Source: Promethearchaeota archaeon
GTDB taxonomy: Archaea > Asgardarchaeota > Lokiarchaeia > Sigyniarchaeales > SOKP01
DNA: 64,000 nucleotides
Direction: 5' to 3'
NCBI GenBank assembly: GCA_048940645.1
Contig: JBHLOI010000010.1
Span: 1-64,000, forward strand
In this document: in pieces, positions 29,873-39,401 of the stretch
How the letters are laid out: each line of letters starts with the position of its first letter
Numbering within the stretch: position 1 is the stretch's first letter
The notes under the pieces: generated by a model
What the model saw: only the letters and a program-made list of their open reading frames with translations
Databases searched by the model: none
Told to the model about the DNA's origin: nothing
Program-made: the position numbers and the translations under genes

Positions 29873-30730
29873 TTATGACACCATTAAAAAACCTGAAAAA
29901 AAGGCAATCCACCAACAAGCTAAAGTAATATATCCTGTTAACTTAGCATATTTACGTTCAGCTGCAATTCCAAACAACATACTTAAAAATCCTGCAAGTA
30001 ATCCAACTCCACCTAATATTATATGAGACCAGTGTATTCCTGTAGAAAATGAAGTCCAGATTAATGGATCAAAAATTACTAACGATATAACATTGATTAG
30101 GGTTAAAACCCATGAAAGTCCGGCAAAAATACCATGAATTTTAACAAATTTATTTTCATTAACTAGTACTAGAACTGTTCCAATAGATAATAAAAGTAAA
30201 GCTGATAAACCAATGTACATTTCAAAATGATTAAATATTTCTAGCTTTGGGGGTGTTGGACCAATACCCCCTATACTAAATCCAATTTCTATATAATCGA
30301 AAGGAGGTGGACTACCAGAAACAGAATCGTCTCCAGCAATGATAAGAATTATATAATATCCATCTTGAGTAGGAGTTGTAATATTAAAAACAACTGTCAT
30401 TGCATTAGAAGTTGGATTTATATCATCACCAGATCCATCTAATATTCTATTTGTGGTAGGGAGAATACTAAACTGGTTATTCTCTTTGGCATCAGCAGGC
30501 GCCTGAATAAATAAGTTGGGACCAGTAGCTGTAACATTAAAAATAATAACCGTTGAAGCATTTACCGCATTTGATGTGCTTATGTTAGTACCAATTGAAT
30601 AAGCTCCCGGTACTGTGTGGCAATCTTCATGAGGCTGGGTATTGCTAGGAAATGCATTCACGTTAAAAAGAACTGATATAAATAGAGTACCGAGAAATAT
30701 AGAAATTATTAAGATAATTTTTTTTTTCAA
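29873..30730 (-). CDS. Secreted HxxCH domain fused to 4-TM His-containing (cytochrome b561/DUF420-like) domain
   Basis: Signal peptide ending VNA-FP, HEDCH at 30617-30631, a beta-rich domain, then 4 TM helices with KIHGI and HWSHIILG. Confidence 0.7.
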   Translation of the reverse strand: MKKKIILIISIFLGTLFISVLFNVNAFPSNTQPHEDCHTVPGAYSIGTNISTSNAVNASTVIIFNVTATGPNLFIQAPADAKENNQFSILPTTNRILDGSGDDINPTSNAMTVVFNITTPTQDGYYIILIIAGDDSVSGSPPPFDYIEIGFSIGGIGPTPPKLEIFNHFEMYIGLSALLLLSIGTVLVLVNENKFVKIHGIFAGLSWVLTLINVISLVIFDPLIWTSFSTGIHWSHIILGGVGLLAGFLSMLFGIAAERKYAKLTGYITLACWWIAFFSGFLMVS

Positions 30731-30922
30731 GATTCTTACCAGATTAATGAATATTTAAGTAATAAATGATGAAATCTTATTATTAAAATTTTTACTTAAA
30801 AATTATTAGTAGATATAAAGTTTTGATGTAAAAATGGCATCTAAATTTTAACTAAAAATTATTAAGATTACAAAGAAAGATTTTTAAAAATCTTTTTTAA
30901 TTTTAGAAATTTAGGTTTTTTA

Positions 30923-32632
30923 ATGAAATTTAACAAAGATTCATTGAAAACGATTATTATACTTGATTGTGTGATAATTATAATTTTTGTCATAGTTATT
31001 CCTAACTTATTAAATCTAGTTGGATTAGATTTAAAAATTCAAGTATTATCTAATCTAGCAAATTATCTAATTTTAACAACTATAATAATAACTGCCCTTG
31101 ATTTAATCTTTTTGACATTAAAGAAAGAGAATTACTTTTATTTGGCATCTTTCAATATGTCACTTTCAATTTCAGTATTTCTACTTCTTGAATATTGTTT
31201 TGTAAATGATTATTATAATTTTTTATATGTTTGGAGTTATAGTAAATCAACTTTACCATTTATTTATAAACTTGTAGCTATTTGGGCAGGGGAAGCGGGT
31301 TCTATTATGACATGGATGGTATTTAACTCAATAGTTATTTTTTTTTATAGGATTAAAAACCAAAATAAAGAAGATATTGTTTTTATCCGTTCAGTTATTA
31401 TATTATTAATTATTTCAATATTTTTTCTAATAATTTTATTTTATTTGAATCCTTTTGAATTTAGTTTAGCACCTGTTTCTGATGGGTCAGGTTTAAATCC
31501 TCTTTTAATATCTCCATTTATGATTTGGCATCCACTTTTTACCTTTATAGCTTATGCTATTTTTTTGATTCCATTTACAATAACTATAGCTGAAATGGTT
31601 TCAAAAGATTCAAAACTATTAAATTCATATCAAACTAACTTTTATGACTTTTCTTTAAAATTTGGATGGTTAGTTCTGACACTAAGCATTGGACTAGGAG
31701 CTTATTGGGCAAAAATTGCATTATTACCATGGGGGCGATATTGGGGTTGGGATCCCGTAGAAACTGTTTCGCTTATCCCTTGGTTTTTTATCACAGCATT
31801 TTTTCATACAAGACTTTTTAAAAAGAAAAATCCAAATTTAATAAAAATAAACGTAACTTTGATTTTTTTTGCAATTATTTTCTCTACATTAATTACTCGA
31901 GGCGGAGGCTTAACTTCTCTTCATGCGTTTACAGGAAAAGCAGGGCTAGTAATCTGGGTCTTAATTGTTGGTTTAATATTAATATCTCTTTCTCTTTACA
32001 CAATTTACATAATATTAGATTATATCCTAGAAGAATATAGGAAAATTAACCTTCTCTTCGATTATTTAAGTTATTTATTTTTATTTGCGTTATCAATTGT
32101 GTGTATCATCGGACTTTTGGTGCCACCCTTCACTAATTTACTTTCTACTTTTTTGCCCATTGACACAGTAACTATAGGCGTGGACTACTTTATTATAGGT
32201 ACCTCTATATTAGCCATCGGTTTGGCATTAACATTAACATTTTGTTCTTTGAGAGAATTTTTCAAGATTAAATTGATATTTTTATTGATACTTATCATTG
32301 TAGCAATTCAATCCGCTTTATCATTAGTTTTAGGATTTTTATTAGATTTATGGATAAATCCTTTAATAATGATATATTTCATTGCGTTGTTTTCTTCTTT
32401 ATTCAAATTAGTTAAAAATATCAATTTTAAAAGGGGAATTAAACAATTCTTTAGAATAAATTCAAAAACAATAATTCATGCAGGATTATCATTTATTTTA
32501 ATAGGTACTTCAGTTGATCCTAGTATATGGGTTTTTCAAGATATTTTCTTTATCACAGGCTTTATATTTTTATTGAGTGGTATAATTCCTTCAACATTTA
32601 TCTTATTTTTTATTAAAAAAATGAAATCTTGA
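30923..32632 (+). CDS. ccmF: Cytochrome c synthetase CcmF
   Basis: WAGEAGS, GLNPLL, WHP, WWD domain WGRYWGWDPVE, FFH, SLHAF and IIHAG. Confidence 0.93.
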   Translation: MKFNKDSLKTIIILDCVIIIIFVIVIPNLLNLVGLDLKIQVLSNLANYLILTTIIITALDLIFLTLKKENYFYLASFNMSLSISVFLLLEYCFVNDYYNFLYVWSYSKSTLPFIYKLVAIWAGEAGSIMTWMVFNSIVIFFYRIKNQNKEDIVFIRSVIILLIISIFFLIILFYLNPFEFSLAPVSDGSGLNPLLISPFMIWHPLFTFIAYAIFLIPFTITIAEMVSKDSKLLNSYQTNFYDFSLKFGWLVLTLSIGLGAYWAKIALLPWGRYWGWDPVETVSLIPWFFITAFFHTRLFKKKNPNLIKINVTLIFFAIIFSTLITRGGGLTSLHAFTGKAGLVIWVLIVGLILISLSLYTIYIILDYILEEYRKINLLFDYLSYLFLFALSIVCIIGLLVPPFTNLLSTFLPIDTVTIGVDYFIIGTSILAIGLALTLTFCSLREFFKIKLIFLLILIIVAIQSALSLVLGFLLDLWINPLIMIYFIALFSSLFKLVKNINFKRGIKQFFRINSKTIIHAGLSFILIGTSVDPSIWVFQDIFFITGFIFLLSGIIPSTFILFFIKKMKS

Positions 32633-32874
32633 AAGGAAAACTACTATGAAGGTTCATTTGAAACAAATCTTTCATTTTGAAACTGAAACGATCAAAATAG
32701 GCAGAAATTGAAAATAAAACTTGTTTGATTGTTTAAAATAACCAATTTTAGCAAATTTTATAAATTTTTTGAGATTTCCATAAATAAAGCAAGGTTATAA
32801 CATATTAAGCTTATACTTATATACTAAAAATCTATATCAAAAATATATTTTAAATTTACATAAGGGGATTCTTA

Positions 32875-35736
32875 ATGAAGGTAAATAAAAAAGTTTCATC
32901 TCTATTAATTACTGCTATATTATTCTTATCAATTATTGGGATTGCTATAGCTTACACCTCAGATTTTACTGATTTTTCTGGAGAGGGGCATAATAGTTGT
33001 CATGGAGATATAACACAAAGTGCTTCAGGATACATCTCATTATCATCAAGCTCAGGAACAACCGTGAATCCAAGTGAAACATTTACAATTAGCATTCAAG
33101 TCCTAAGCTTCACAGAGGCTCAAGGAAAGAATATTGAAACAGGCTTCCCAAGTGGAACACCTGGGAGAGGAGATAATAAAGATTTTACTTTTGATGCGAT
33201 TCAAAAATCAGCATCCATAGACAGCTCTGGAAATTCAATAACGATTGACTTTCAAGCTACAGCTCCGACAATTGAACAAACCTATACTCTCACTGCTGAT
33301 GCTATCTATCGAGAGGGGAGTTCTGCTTCATATTTTGCAACCGGAAATTTAATAATAACAGTTGAACCAATAAATACTCCACCTCAATTTAATAATCTAA
33401 TTGAGAGTGCTGACCCATTAGAATTAGGGCAGCAAGAAAATATTCAAATAGATGTAACTGATTCTGAGTCAAGCGTTAGCGATGTTCTCATTGAATTAGA
33501 AAATATAAATTACACCATGTCAAACATTTTAGGAAACACATATGAATATAATTGGACTCCGAATACAATAGGTATAAAAAACTATATAATTTTTGCTAAT
33601 GATACAGAGGGAAGTTGGAATAAAGTTAGTGGAAATATTAACGTAATTGATATTACAGCTCCAATATTATCTAATCTAGTTGAAAGTGCTGACCCATTGG
33701 AATTAGGACAAACAGAAGTAATACAGATTAATGCTACTGATTTATCAGGAATTAGTCAAGTGTTAATAGAAATTGGTGGCGTGAATTATACTATGGTGAA
33801 TATAGGAGGACCAATATGGGAATATAACAGCTGGACACCAACTAGCACAGGTTTAAAACCGTATATAATTTACGCTAATGATACAGAAGGAAATTGGAAT
33901 TCGTTAAATGATGATGTCACTGTAGATGACACAATAGCACCCAAATATTCTAATTTAATTGAAAATGCTGATCCACTTCCATTAGGGCAAAATGAAACGA
34001 TTTCAATTGAAATTTATGATTCACCGGGGTCTGGAGTGAAAGAAGTACTTATTGAATATGATGGTTCTAATCACACAATGATTTTTATTGGATTTAATAC
34101 ATGGAGGTGGTCTAATTGGAAGCCTATGTCTGTAGGAATCTTCAATTATTTCATTTATATGGTAGATAACAGCAACAATGTAAATATAACAGGAGGATCT
34201 ATTGAAGTCATTATCTCAACAGGACCAACAATTCAAAACTTATCAAAAAGTGCTGATCCTTTAGAATTAGGGAAGTTAGAAACGATTCAAGTTGACGTTG
34301 ATGATACTAATGGAGTGAGCAATGTATTTATTGAAATTGGGGGATTAAATTATTCAATGGTGAATATTGGGGGAATAAGATATGAATTTACCTGGAAACC
34401 AAATTCTACTGGAATAAAATTATTTAAGATTTATGCTAATGATTCTTTAAATAATTGGAATCAATTTGGAAATAGTATTTTCGTCCAAGATACAAAACCT
34501 CCAAATTTTGGAAATTTAACAGAAAGTAGCGATCCAGTTGAATTAGGAGCTCCAATAACGATTTCTATTGACACAACTGACTTGTCAGGTATTAACCAAG
34601 TCAAAATTGAATTTGAAGGTGTGAATCATTCAATGTCTTATACCGGAGGAAATACATGGTTAAATGATACTTTGATATTTAGTACTGTTGATATTCATTT
34701 ATATACCATTTATATTCAAGATAATTCTAACAACTGGAATACGACAAATGGTTTTATCGAAGTAATCGATACAACACCACCTGTATTGACAAATTTATAT
34801 GAAAGCAGTGATCCTTTAGAATTAGGACAAATTGAAGTAATTCAGATTGATATAATTGATTTAGCTCCAATAAATACAGTATTAATTGAATTTGAAGGAA
34901 AAAATTATACCATGGTAAAAATAAGCAGCTTAACCTGGGAGTACAACTGGGTTCCAACTAGCACTGGATTAAAATTATATACAATTTATGCTAACGATAC
35001 AAGCAATAATTGGATCTCGTTAGTTGCTAATATTTCTGTGGTGGATACTAATGGTCCAGTCTTATCTGCTTTATATGAGAGTGCTGATCAACTAGAATTA
35101 GGACAAACAGAGACAATTCAAATCAATGTTTCTGATCCATCAGGAATTAATCAAGTGGTAATAGAAATTGGTGGTGAAAATTATACAATGCAAAATATCG
35201 GAGGATCAAAATGGGAATATAGTTGGGCTCCAAATAGTACAGGATTGAAGCTATATACTCTTTATGCATATGACTCGATAAATAATACGGTTTCATTGAA
35301 AAATAATATTACTGTTATAGATACAACAGGACCAATTTTTTCTAATTTGGTTAAAAGCAAGGCATCAATACTTTTAGGTGAATCTGTATCTATTCAAATT
35401 GAAGTTGTGGATATATCTGGTGTTAGCGAAGTTCTTATTGAATTTAGTGGCTCAAATCATACTTTGATAAATACCGAAGGAAATACTTGGGAGTATACTG
35501 ATTGGTTCCCAAGTTCAATAGGTGAAAACTCTTTTACTATTCATGCCAAAGATAATCTTAATAATTGGAATACGGTAATTGGGAATATTTTAGTAACTGA
35601 GCAATCAGTAGGCAGTAATTTATTAACGATGAGAGAAATATTAGATATAACATTGTTTTCAAGTATATTTGGTATTACTATTTTCATAGCAATATTAATA
35701 ATAAGAACAGCAAGGAATAAACGATTTATTCAATAA
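32875..35736 (+). CDS. Surface protein: signal peptide, HxxCH domain, 8 Ig-like repeats and C-terminal TM anchor
   Basis: HNSCH at 32989-33003, repeats starting PxxxNLxESADPLELG, many NxS/T sequons, and a TM helix followed by RTARNKR. Confidence 0.85.
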   Translation: MKVNKKVSSLLITAILFLSIIGIAIAYTSDFTDFSGEGHNSCHGDITQSASGYISLSSSSGTTVNPSETFTISIQVLSFTEAQGKNIETGFPSGTPGRGDNKDFTFDAIQKSASIDSSGNSITIDFQATAPTIEQTYTLTADAIYREGSSASYFATGNLIITVEPINTPPQFNNLIESADPLELGQQENIQIDVTDSESSVSDVLIELENINYTMSNILGNTYEYNWTPNTIGIKNYIIFANDTEGSWNKVSGNINVIDITAPILSNLVESADPLELGQTEVIQINATDLSGISQVLIEIGGVNYTMVNIGGPIWEYNSWTPTSTGLKPYIIYANDTEGNWNSLNDDVTVDDTIAPKYSNLIENADPLPLGQNETISIEIYDSPGSGVKEVLIEYDGSNHTMIFIGFNTWRWSNWKPMSVGIFNYFIYMVDNSNNVNITGGSIEVIISTGPTIQNLSKSADPLELGKLETIQVDVDDTNGVSNVFIEIGGLNYSMVNIGGIRYEFTWKPNSTGIKLFKIYANDSLNNWNQFGNSIFVQDTKPPNFGNLTESSDPVELGAPITISIDTTDLSGINQVKIEFEGVNHSMSYTGGNTWLNDTLIFSTVDIHLYTIYIQDNSNNWNTTNGFIEVIDTTPPVLTNLYESSDPLELGQIEVIQIDIIDLAPINTVLIEFEGKNYTMVKISSLTWEYNWVPTSTGLKLYTIYANDTSNNWISLVANISVVDTNGPVLSALYESADQLELGQTETIQINVSDPSGINQVVIEIGGENYTMQNIGGSKWEYSWAPNSTGLKLYTLYAYDSINNTVSLKNNITVIDTTGPIFSNLVKSKASILLGESVSIQIEVVDISGVSEVLIEFSGSNHTLINTEGNTWEYTDWFPSSIGENSFTIHAKDNLNNWNTVIGNILVTEQSVGSNLLTMREILDITLFSSIFGITIFIAILIIRTARNKRFIQ
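33382..35600 (+). repeat. Eight intragenic beta-sandwich repeats of about 93 aa
   Basis: Recurrent GAAAGTGCTGAyCCATTAGAATTAGG-like DNA and ESADPLELG...IYANDTxxNWN protein motifs. Confidence 0.9.
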
Positions 35737-35808
35737 ATAATTATTTTTTTTACTTTTTAATCACTTCTCTTTATTAGGTATCATTAATTTTTCAGAAAGT
35801 TAGATAAT

Positions 35809-36522
35809 ATGATTAAATCCAATAAAAATATAATAAATTGTAATACTGTTTCTAAACAATTTGGATATTTCTTTGCACTTAAAAAAGTTTCTTTTAGTGT
35901 TAAACAATATACGATATTCGGAATTGCGGGACCAAACGGAGCCGGAAAAACAACGTTAATTAAAATCTTATCTGGATTACTAAAGCCAACTTTAGGAAAT
36001 ATTGAAATTGATGGAATGAATTATGATGATCACTCAAATATAATAAGACAAAACATCGGTATTACTACTGATGAATCATTTCTCTATGAAGAACTAACTA
36101 TTTTTGAAAATTTAAAATTCTATAATAATTTACATTTAAATTTTGAAAAGAGCAACATAAAGAATAAGATTGAGCGACTTGCTAGAAAATTCAATTTAGA
36201 AGACTGGGTAAATGAACCCATAAGTATATTGTCCCATGGAATGAAAAAAAAAGTAGAATTAATACGAGCTTTAATACATCAACCATCAGTTTTATTTTTG
36301 GATGAACCATTTTCAGGATTAGACTACCACACAACCAATATGCTGATCAACTTTTTTAAAGAATTAAAAGAATATGAGAAGGTTTCGATAATTCTGACAT
36401 CTCATAAAATGGATCTATTCCAAAAGATTTGTGATGAGTTAATTATTTTAGAAAAAGGAAAAATTGTTAAATCCATTTCAAAAGAAGATTTTGATGAATT
36501 CGAAATTGAATCATACTTTTAA
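35809..36522 (+). CDS. ccmA: Heme ABC exporter ATPase CcmA
   Basis: GPNGAGKTT, LSHGMKKK and LDEPFSGLD. Precedes ccmB in a ccm locus. Confidence 0.85.
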   Translation: MIKSNKNIINCNTVSKQFGYFFALKKVSFSVKQYTIFGIAGPNGAGKTTLIKILSGLLKPTLGNIEIDGMNYDDHSNIIRQNIGITTDESFLYEELTIFENLKFYNNLHLNFEKSNIKNKIERLARKFNLEDWVNEPISILSHGMKKKVELIRALIHQPSVLFLDEPFSGLDYHTTNMLINFFKELKEYEKVSIILTSHKMDLFQKICDELIILEKGKIVKSISKEDFDEFEIESYF

Positions 36523-36534
36523 GGTGATAAATAA

Positions 36535-37260
36535 TTGAATCATGAAAAAAATACATTAAAATTGAGATTGAAGTTATTGAAAACAATTTTATTTAAAGAT
36601 ATTAAATCTGAAATTAGACAAATAAATGATTTGTTTTCGGTTTTTCTTTTTGTTATAATAGCAACTTTTATTTTTTCATCTGTGTATAATTTTAGCACGC
36701 AATATCAAAATATGCCATTAGAGATTTTTGTAATTGAAAACTGGTTGATAATGTTTTTTACCCTTATTTATATTATGACTAAGCTATTTATTAAGGAAAA
36801 AGATTCTGGAACGCTTGGTGGAATACTTTCGTCTCCTGTCTCTACTAGCATAATTCTTTTAGGTAAAATCTTATTTTGTTTGATTTTATTAAGTTTTGTA
36901 GAAATAATTCTATTTATTTTTAGTTTTTTTATATCTGCGCCCTCAATTGGTAATTTAAACTTAATTCAGCTATTAATCTATATTGCTCTGGGAGTATTAT
37001 TACCTACATTTGACTTATCTATTTGTGGAAGTCTTGTTTCCGCTTTTTCGATGTATGCTAAAAATAAGTCTTTTGTTCTGCCTATTTTATTATTCCCTTT
37101 AATTCTACCAATTACCATACCTATAATATCTATAAATATTAAACTATTAGAGGGAAATTTAATTTTTAATCTATATTACGAAATAATATTTTTAATAGCT
37201 CATATTACTCTAATGATTTCAATATTGACATTAATTTCTCAAACTCTCTTATATGACTAA
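36535..37260 (+). CDS. ccmB: Heme exporter permease CcmB
   Basis: KDIKSEIR, F.KEKDSGTL, LLGK and LPILLFPLILP. Confidence 0.88.
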   Translation: MNHEKNTLKLRLKLLKTILFKDIKSEIRQINDLFSVFLFVIIATFIFSSVYNFSTQYQNMPLEIFVIENWLIMFFTLIYIMTKLFIKEKDSGTLGGILSSPVSTSIILLGKILFCLILLSFVEIILFIFSFFISAPSIGNLNLIQLLIYIALGVLLPTFDLSICGSLVSAFSMYAKNKSFVLPILLFPLILPITIPIISINIKLLEGNLIFNLYYEIIFLIAHITLMISILTLISQTLLYD

Positions 37261-37267
37261 AGTTATA

Positions 37268-37606
37268 TCAACTACACTGTGTAAGAATCTGATTTGCAAC
37301 CAAAATTAAAGAAGAATTGAATACACCTTTTACAACTACTTTTATGTCATTCTTAAAATCACTAGGAGGAGTAATCTGACTTATATCAACTAAAATACTA
37401 TCCTCATTCTCAGTTAAATTAAAATTCCCATTGGAATATCCCTGTACTATTCCGATTACTTGAATTTCTTTATTATAGTATTCAGAGGGATTTGATACAA
37501 CTTGAGAAACCTGAAGATAAGGTCGAGAGTATATTGTTACCAATGCAATTATTATACCTAGGGATATAACTATCCCTACGATTGCAAAAATTTTAGATTT
37601 CTTCAA
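37268..37606 (-). CDS. ccmE: Heme chaperone CcmE-like, Cys type, truncated immediately after the Cys
   Basis: N-terminal TM, an OB-fold (P..F.....VVVKG.F.....VANQILTQCS*) and position downstream of ccmC. Confidence 0.8.
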   Translation of the reverse strand: MKKSKIFAIVGIVISLGIIIALVTIYSRPYLQVSQVVSNPSEYYNKEIQVIGIVQGYSNGNFNLTENEDSILVDISQITPPSDFKNDIKVVVKGVFNSSLILVANQILTQCS

Positions 37607-37616
37607 ATTCTCACAC

Positions 37617-37769
37617 CTAAGTAGTGTTTCTTTCTAAATTCTTAATTCTTTTTAAAGTTTTTCTTAATCGAAGTTTAGGATATAAGATTAAAATTAAAAT
37701 CACAATCCAAAATAATGTAAAACTAATGCTTATAGTTATTAAATCTGATTTTAGATAATGTTCTGACAT
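37617..37769 (-). CDS. ccmD: Unannotated 50-aa CcmD-like protein
   Basis: MSEHYLKSDLITISISFTLFWIVILILILYPKLRLRKTLKRIKNLERNTT*: one TM plus a basic helix, exactly between ccmC and ccmE with gaps of 5 and 10 nt. Confidence 0.75.
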   Translation of the reverse strand: MSEHYLKSDLITISISFTLFWIVILILILYPKLRLRKTLKRIKNLERNTT

Positions 37770-37774
37770 ATAAT

Positions 37775-38512
37775 TTACTCCTCTACTAATCTTTTTTGTA
37801 TAAGTTTCTCTAATTCTTCTTTTGCTTTATCTAAATTTACTAATTTATGAACAACGTATATAAACAGAATTGTCATAGCTATTAAATTAAAGAATAACAT
37901 AAATAATTTTAATGGATCCCAATAAATATTTCCCGGTTGACCTGGATTTGGACTAATTAATGGATGTAAACTGGTAAATATTATTGCTGAGATGTAGCTT
38001 AAAGGAACTGTGGGAAATAAAGCGATCGCTAGTGCTGATGTCAATTTTGCTTTTTTATCTTTATCTTCAATCACACTCCAAAAAATCAAATAAGATAAAT
38101 AAGAAAGAAATAATACTAAAGTCATTGTTTGTCGAGCATCACTCCACTGCCAATAAATATTATTATAATCTCCAGAAGTGGCATTAAACCATAGAGAACC
38201 AGTTATTAATGTAAAAGCAGTAAAAAATACTCCAACTATTATACTATTCTTACCCAAACGACTCCAATATATTTTCTTAATTCTTAAATATAAAATATGA
38301 CATACTAAACTAATACCAAATGAAAGATACGCAAGCCATGCCCCAGACACATGGTAAAAAAAAATTGCGTATACAATTCGATTAGGGTCTCCCCATAAGA
38401 TTAAATTAAAGGAAGATAGTCCAATTATCAAGGATAAATTTACCAATAGCATTATAATTGAAATTATTAACAGCAGATTAGTTCTAAGCAATCTTATTAA
38501 AACTATAATCAT
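37775..38512 (-). CDS. ccmC: Heme delivery protein CcmC
   Basis: FFYHVSGAW, TGSLW...YWQWSDARQT (divergent WWD) and SLHP. Confidence 0.88.
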   Translation of the reverse strand: MIIVLIRLLRTNLLLIISIIMLLVNLSLIIGLSSFNLILWGDPNRIVYAIFFYHVSGAWLAYLSFGISLVCHILYLRIKKIYWSRLGKNSIIVGVFFTAFTLITGSLWFNATSGDYNNIYWQWSDARQTMTLVLFLSYLSYLIFWSVIEDKDKKAKLTSALAIALFPTVPLSYISAIIFTSLHPLISPNPGQPGNIYWDPLKLFMLFFNLIAMTILFIYVVHKLVNLDKAKEELEKLIQKRLVEE

Positions 38513-38762
38513 CGCCTCATCAAAGCATAACTATAAATTATTTTCTTATTCAATGAAATCTGTAAGCTTTTGTAGAATTAGGAAAATTATATTTAACATT
38601 TAAGACATTATTTTTTTTAATTTAAAATTTGATATTATAAAAAAAAAGTAATAGATTCTTTAGATTTTATTAGTTTTTATTATTTTTTTCTATGTTTGGC
38701 TTCATAATAGTATGTTCTATATATTTTAGAAAAATAAAAAAAAAGAAACATTAAATTTTGAT

Positions 38763-39401
38763 TTATTTAGGAGCTTTATGTTTTTTACGGCGTACAATTA
38801 TTATTATTGAAGTAGTTACTGCTATGAATACACCAAACAAGGTATAAAGTTCAAAACCAGGAATGGCTCCACCGCTGACAGTTAAAGTTAAAGTGTCTGT
38901 AGCATAAATTATACCCAATTCACTTCCATCTGTATGATTTTCAGCAGTAATAACATCAACGACTAGATTATAATCACCGTTTGTGAATGGAGCTATTAGT
39001 TTAAAAGAAATCGAAACATTTGAATCTCCATTACTATCCAAGGTTATACCATGTAATCTTATAGGATCCTCTAGAATAGACCCAAATACTGCATTATTCC
39101 CACGAGTAGAGGGAACCGCTACACTTACTTCACTATTTCTATCTATTGTTAAAGCTTCAGTAAAATTTTCAATTACTACATTTACTGTAAATTGTTGCCC
39201 TGCAGTCAATGACGTACCTTCCACAGAAGTGACAGTTACTGTTGCGCCAACGCTCTGAGTAGTGGGGCTTACAAGACCATGGCATCCACCATGCGAACCA
39301 CCAGCAAAAGTTTCAATCATAGAGGGAAATGCAACTGCTCCTCCGACTAATAACAAAAGAAAACTAGCAATTATAAAAAGAGGTATTATTTTTCTTTTCA
39401 T
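38763..39401 (-). CDS. Secreted HxxCH domain protein with IPGF-TM-basic C-terminal sorting signal (Loki/PGF-CTERM-like)
   Basis: Signal peptide AVA-FP, HGGCH at 39279-39293, and C-terminus GGAIPGFEL-TM-RRKKHK. Confidence 0.8.
   Translation of the reverse strand: MKRKIIPLFIIASFLLLLVGGAVAFPSMIETFAGGSHGGCHGLVSPTTQSVGATVTVTSVEGTSLTAGQQFTVNVVIENFTEALTIDRNSEVSVAVPSTRGNNAVFGSILEDPIRLHGITLDSNGDSNVSISFKLIAPFTNGDYNLVVDVITAENHTDGSELGIIYATDTLTLTVSGGAIPGFELYTLFGVFIAVTTSIIIIVRRKKHKAPK

Noticed and set aside
33382-35600. Periodic DNA repeats considered as a CRISPR array or mobile repeats
   Set aside because: They are degenerate, have a period of about 280 bp and stay in frame within one CDS, so they are protein domain repeats.
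37199-37276. ccmE stop is TGA followed by TAT (C-S-U-Y if recoded as Sec)
   Set aside because: The spacing does not restore CxxxY, read-through would run antisense into ccmB, and no SECIS-like hairpin was seen.
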